Below are positions 60,493 through 64,000 of a DNA stretch of 64,000 nt, piece after piece. The stretch is from an uncultured Acetatifactor sp. GTDB lineage: Bacteria; Bacillota; Clostridia; Lachnospirales; Lachnospiraceae. Location of the stretch: assembly GCA_944383825.1 (NCBI GenBank), contig CALWRA010000002.1:33259-97258 (forward strand). The letters run 5' to 3'. The notes beneath the pieces are model-generated. The model was given only the letters and a program-made list of their open reading frames with translations. It did not search any database and had not been told where the DNA came from. Positions within the stretch are counted from its first letter, which is position 1. The number at the start of each line of letters is the position of its first letter. Both the position numbers and the translations under genes were made by a program.

Positions 60493-61361
60493 TGGGCAGA
60501 CTGTGGGAAAGGGACTTTCAGTTGCGTAGGCTATTTGTGATACTGCGGGATTTCTCCGCACAGATGAAAAAACAGAATATCAGCGCTTTTGCGGCGAGCA
60601 CGGCATTTTTTTTGGTGCTGTCCATTGTACCCATGCTGATTTTAATATGTACCATCATTCCTTATACACCCTTGACGGAGGAAAATCTGGTGATGGCAGT
60701 CACAGATCTGACTCCTGACAAAGTGGATTCTCTGGTGGAAAGTCTGATAGGGGAGGTCTATGATAAATCTGCAGGGATCCTGTCCGTTGCCGCCATTGCT
60801 ACGGTGTGGTCGGCGGGAAAAGGAGTTCTGGCGTTGATAAGGGGATTGAATGCCATAAACGGCGTGGAGGAGGACAGAAATTATATAGTGGTCCGTCTGG
60901 TGGCCTCTCTTTATACGATTGTGATGCTCATTGTGCTGATATTGTCCTTGTTTATCATGGTGTTCGGCAATCAGCTTGTGAGCCTGATCCTTCACAGAGT
61001 GCCTCAGTTTCAGGTATTTGTGTCTTTCCTGATGAATTTTCGTTTTTTACTGGTGTGGGTCATCCTTACGATGCTGTTCAGCGCGGTATATGCATATGTA
61101 CCCAATGAAAAGCTGGCGATAGGAGAGCAGGTGCCGGGAGCCACTTTCGCCGCTGTGGGGTGGAGTGTCTTTTCCTGGGGGTTTTCCATGTATGTGGGAA
61201 GATCGGACTCCTACAGCATTTACGGCAGCCTTTCCCTCATCATTATTGTCATGGTTTGGATGTACTTTTGCATGTATATTATTATGGTAGGGGCCTATCT
61301 GAATCGGTATTTCCGCTCTGTAAACAGAGTGCTTGCCAGTCGGCACAGGCAGGAGGAGTGA
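60489..61361 (+). CDS. YihY/BrkB family membrane protein
   Basis: AA..AFF..LSI.P, WSA.KG...L..GLN, YSIYGSL..III...W.Y. Confidence 0.88.
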   Translation: MMGRLWERDFQLRRLFVILRDFSAQMKKQNISAFAASTAFFLVLSIVPMLILICTIIPYTPLTEENLVMAVTDLTPDKVDSLVESLIGEVYDKSAGILSVAAIATVWSAGKGVLALIRGLNAINGVEEDRNYIVVRLVASLYTIVMLIVLILSLFIMVFGNQLVSLILHRVPQFQVFVSFLMNFRFLLVWVILTMLFSAVYAYVPNEKLAIGEQVPGATFAAVGWSVFSWGFSMYVGRSDSYSIYGSLSLIIIVMVWMYFCMYIIMVGAYLNRYFRSVNRVLASRHRQEE

Positions 61362-61406
61362 GTGGAAAGAGTCAAAGGATAAGAACTGGCTTTGGAAATT
61401 TTTCTG

Positions 61407-61435
61407 TTGACATTTCCCGCCAAAGTCACTACAAT
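61407..61435 (+). promoter_or_regulatory. sigmaA-type promoter of pheST
   Basis: TTGACA-N17-TACAAT. Confidence 0.85.
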
Positions 61436-61449
61436 AATGTCTAATAGAC

Positions 61450-61750
61450 AAAAGGCAATGATGGCACATAGTAGCGTTTCATTTTCTTACAGAGAGAGGA
61501 AGCCGTCGGCTGTAAGCTTCCTTAAGTTCAGGTGAAGTGTCGAAATTCCTGCCGGAGCCGCCAAAAGGAACGGGTTACATGGATTCGCAGCGTGTTGATG
61601 CGGGCGGATAAACCTGAGTAGTTTTGGACGCAGGCTGCGCGTTAGGCAGAAAAAGAGAGTCCCTTTGATCATGTCTGTCAAGGGGGAAGATGGGTGGTAC
61701 CGCGGTGAAATATCGTCCCTTGCTGAAATCTGCAGCAAGGGACTTTTTGT
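61450..61750 (+). promoter_or_regulatory. T-box riboswitch (Phe specifier)
   Basis: AGAGA and GCTG stem-I motifs; GAAA-TTC specifier at 61546-61548; T-box GGGTGGTACCGCG; TCGTCCCT; terminator CCCTTGCTG..CAGCAAGGG-ACTTTTT. Confidence 0.93.
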
Positions 61751-61788
61751 GTGGAAAAGAATAAGAGGTTAGCGGCTGCGGAATAGAT

Positions 61789-61829
61789 GAATGTATGTCC
61801 GCCGAAGCGGACAAGGAGGTATAGCGATG
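61789..61829 (+). repeat. hairpin-SD leader motif, copy 5 (before pheS)
   Basis: GAATGTA-TGTCCGC-CGAA-GCGGACA-AGGAGG-TATAGCG-ATG. Confidence 0.8.
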
Positions 61830-62846
61830 AAAGCCAAATTAGACCGGATCAGAGAACAGGCGCTGGAACAGATTAAAGGCTGTGATACAGTGGAAAAACT
61901 TAATGACATCAGAGTGGGTATCCTCGGAAAGAAAGGAGAGCTCACCAGTGTGCTGAAATCCATGAAGGAGGTGGCTCCACAGGAGAGGCCCCAGGTGGGA
62001 CAGTGGGTCAATGAAGCCAGACAGGAAATTGAAAAGGCTCTGGAAGCATCCAAAACAAGGATGGAGAAGGCTCTTCGGGAGGCAAAGCTGAAAGCGGAGG
62101 TGATAGATGTAACGCTTCCGGCAAAAAAGGCTCAGATTGGACACAGGCATCCAAATTCCATAGCTCTGGAGGAAGTGGAGCGTATTTTTGTAGGTATGGG
62201 CTATGAGGTGGTGGAAGGCCCTGAGGTGGAGAAGGATTATTATAACTTTGAGGCGCTCAACATACCGGCGGATCATCCTGCCAGGGATGAACAGGACACT
62301 TTTTACATTACGGGAGACATCCTGCTGCGCACACAGACCTCTCCGGTACAGGTTCGTGAGATGGAAACCGGAAAAATGCCCATACGCATGATTGCCCCCG
62401 GGAGAGTGTTCCGGGCGGATGAAGTGGATGCCACGCATTCTCCATCCTTCCATCAGGTTGAAGGGCTTGTGATAGACAAAAATATTACTTTTGCGGATTT
62501 GAAGGGAACATTGGCGGAATTCGCGAAAGAGCTGTTTGGAGATCAAACGAGGGTAAAATTCCGGCCCCATCATTTCCCTTTTACGGAGCCCAGTGCAGAA
62601 ATGGATGTGACTTGCTTTAAGTGCGGCGGCAAGGGTTGCCGGTTCTGCAAGGGAGCCGGCTGGATTGAAATTTTAGGCTGCGGCATGGTGCATCCCAGGG
62701 TTCTTGAGATGAGCGGCATAGATCCCCAGGATTATTCAGGCTTTGCTTTTGGCGTAGGGCTGGAGCGTATTGCTCTTTTGAAATATGAAATTGACGACAT
62801 GCGTCTTCTGTATGAAAACGATATTCGTTTTCTGAAGCAGTTCTAG
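61827..62846 (+). CDS. pheS: phenylalanine--tRNA ligase alpha subunit
   Basis: HPARD.QDTF, LRTQTSPVQ, PG.VFR.DE.DATH, FHQ.EG, FPFTEPS, GFAFG.GLER. Confidence 0.98.
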   Translation: MKAKLDRIREQALEQIKGCDTVEKLNDIRVGILGKKGELTSVLKSMKEVAPQERPQVGQWVNEARQEIEKALEASKTRMEKALREAKLKAEVIDVTLPAKKAQIGHRHPNSIALEEVERIFVGMGYEVVEGPEVEKDYYNFEALNIPADHPARDEQDTFYITGDILLRTQTSPVQVREMETGKMPIRMIAPGRVFRADEVDATHSPSFHQVEGLVIDKNITFADLKGTLAEFAKELFGDQTRVKFRPHHFPFTEPSAEMDVTCFKCGGKGCRFCKGAGWIEILGCGMVHPRVLEMSGIDPQDYSGFAFGVGLERIALLKYEIDDMRLLYENDIRFLKQF

Positions 62847-62887
62847 TAAAAGAATAAAGACCGCAGCAAAAAGAAAGGAATGGATAT

Positions 62888-64000
62888 ATGAATACAGCGT
62901 TGTCATGGATTAAGGCATATGTGCCGGAGCTTAACTGTACGGATCAGGAGTACTGTGACGCGATGACTCTAACCGGCACAAAAGTAGAGGGATATAAAAG
63001 ATTGGACAAAAACCTGGAAAAAATAGTGGTGGGGCAGATTATGTCCATTGAAAGGCATCCGGATGCGGATAAGCTGATTGTCTGTCAGGTGAATATCGGC
63101 TCCGAGGCCGTTCAGATTGTGACTGGAGCCTCCAATGTGAAGGAAGGAGATAAGGTGCCGGTGGTGCTGGCGGGAGGAAAGGTTGCGGGTGGCCATGACG
63201 GCGGGCCCCTGCCGGAAAATGGTATTCCCATTAAGGCGGGCAGGCTTAGAGGCGTGGAATCAAAGGGCATGATGTGTTCCATTGAGGAGCTGGGCTCCAA
63301 TACGGATATGTATCCGGATGCGCCCGAAGAAGGGATTTACATTTTAAAGCCGGATGCAGAGGTGGGCGCGGATGCGGTCAGCCTTTTGGGATTAAGGGAT
63401 ACGGTATTTGAATACGAGATTACCAGCAACCGTGTGGACTGCTACAGTGTGCTGGGCATTGCCAGGGAGGCTGCCGCAACTTTCCGTAAGCCTTTTGTAC
63501 CGCCGGTTGTGGCAGAGACGGGAAATGAGGAGGATGTAAACGACTATGTCAGCGTGGAGGTAAAGGATCCTGATTTATGCGCCCGCTACTGTGCCAGAGT
63601 CTGCAAAAATATCAAAATCGGCCCTTCTCCCGAATGGATGCAGAGAAGGCTTGCGGCCAGCGGCATACGTCCCATAAATAATCTGGTTGATATAACGAAC
63701 TATGTTATGGAGGAATACGGACAGCCCATGCATGCCTACGATCTCCGCACAATATCCGGCAATAAGATTATTGTGCGCAGGGCAAAGGACGGCGACGAGT
63801 TTCAAACACTGGATGGGCAGCTCCGCAAGGTGGACAGTCAGGTGCTGATGATCTGCGATGCAGAAAAGGAAATCGGCATTGCGGGTATTATGGGCGGTGA
63901 GAATTCCAAGATTACGGATGATGTGCAGACAGTGCTTTTTGAGGCGGCTGTTTTTAACGGCCCTAATATTCGTAAATCAGCCAAGAGAGTTGGTCTTCGC
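62888..64000 (+). CDS. pheT: phenylalanine--tRNA ligase beta subunit (5' part, runs off the window)
   Basis: Translated by eye from ATG 62888: HPDADKL..CQV, IVTGA.NV, LRGVES.GMMCS..EL, EITSNR.DC, RP.NN.VDITNY, YGQPMHAYD. Confidence 0.95.
   Translation, partial: MNTALSWIKAYVPELNCTDQEYCDAMTLTGTKVEGYKRLDKNLEKIVVGQIMSIERHPDADKLIVCQVNIGSEAVQIVTGASNVKEGDKVPVVLAGGKVAGGHDGGPLPENGIPIKAGRLRGVESKGMMCSIEELGSNTDMYPDAPEEGIYILKPDAEVGADAVSLLGLRDTVFEYEITSNRVDCYSVLGIAREAAATFRKPFVPPVVAETGNEEDVNDYVSVEVKDPDLCARYCARVCKNIKIGPSPEWMQRRLAASGIRPINNLVDITNYVMEEYGQPMHAYDLRTISGNKIIVRRAKDGDEFQTLDGQLRKVDSQVLMICDAEKEIGIAGIMGGENSKITDDVQTVLFEAAVFNGPNIRKSAKRVGLR

Noticed and set aside
1-64000. CRISPR arrays, tRNA/rRNA genes, IS elements, prophage
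   Set aside because: No regularly spaced repeat-spacer array, cloverleaf, integrase, transposase or phage structural motif was seen; intergenic gaps are short and mostly explained.

Overview
Gene-dense, almost entirely + strand core chromosome of a spore-forming Clostridia bacterium, most consistent with Lachnospiraceae. That placement is inferred from protein style and gene order, not from a search. Contents: translation and housekeeping genes (era, recO, glyQS, alaS, rpsU, scpAB, cmk-ispH-rpsA-cheR, thrC-deoC-aminopeptidase P, T-box-controlled pheST), Na+-type energy conservation (a five-gene biotin decarboxylase cluster and rnfCDGEAB), envelope and sporulation enzymes with sigmaE-like promoters, a probable 6S RNA, and a J-domain/TPR + HscC-like Hsp70 block. 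I saw no rRNA, tRNA, CRISPR array, integrase, transposase or prophage. The most striking unexplained signal is non-coding. A ~40-nt leader motif, GA(N4)ATGYCYGC-N4-GCRGRYM-RGRAGG-N7-ATG, sits at identical spacing in front of five unrelated genes, with compensatory stem changes. In four of the five copies it also contains a 9-codon mini-ORF ending 2 nt before the true start. A second theme is apparent pseudo-enzymes: an AP2/dead-HNH/AP2 protein, a Derlin-like rhomboid with a Zn finger, a sigma70 homolog lacking region 4, a GH25 lacking key acidic residues, and a divergent carboxyltransferase. There is also a membrane-anchored SF2 helicase split by one in-frame TAG. All family calls come from motif recognition by eye, with no database searches.
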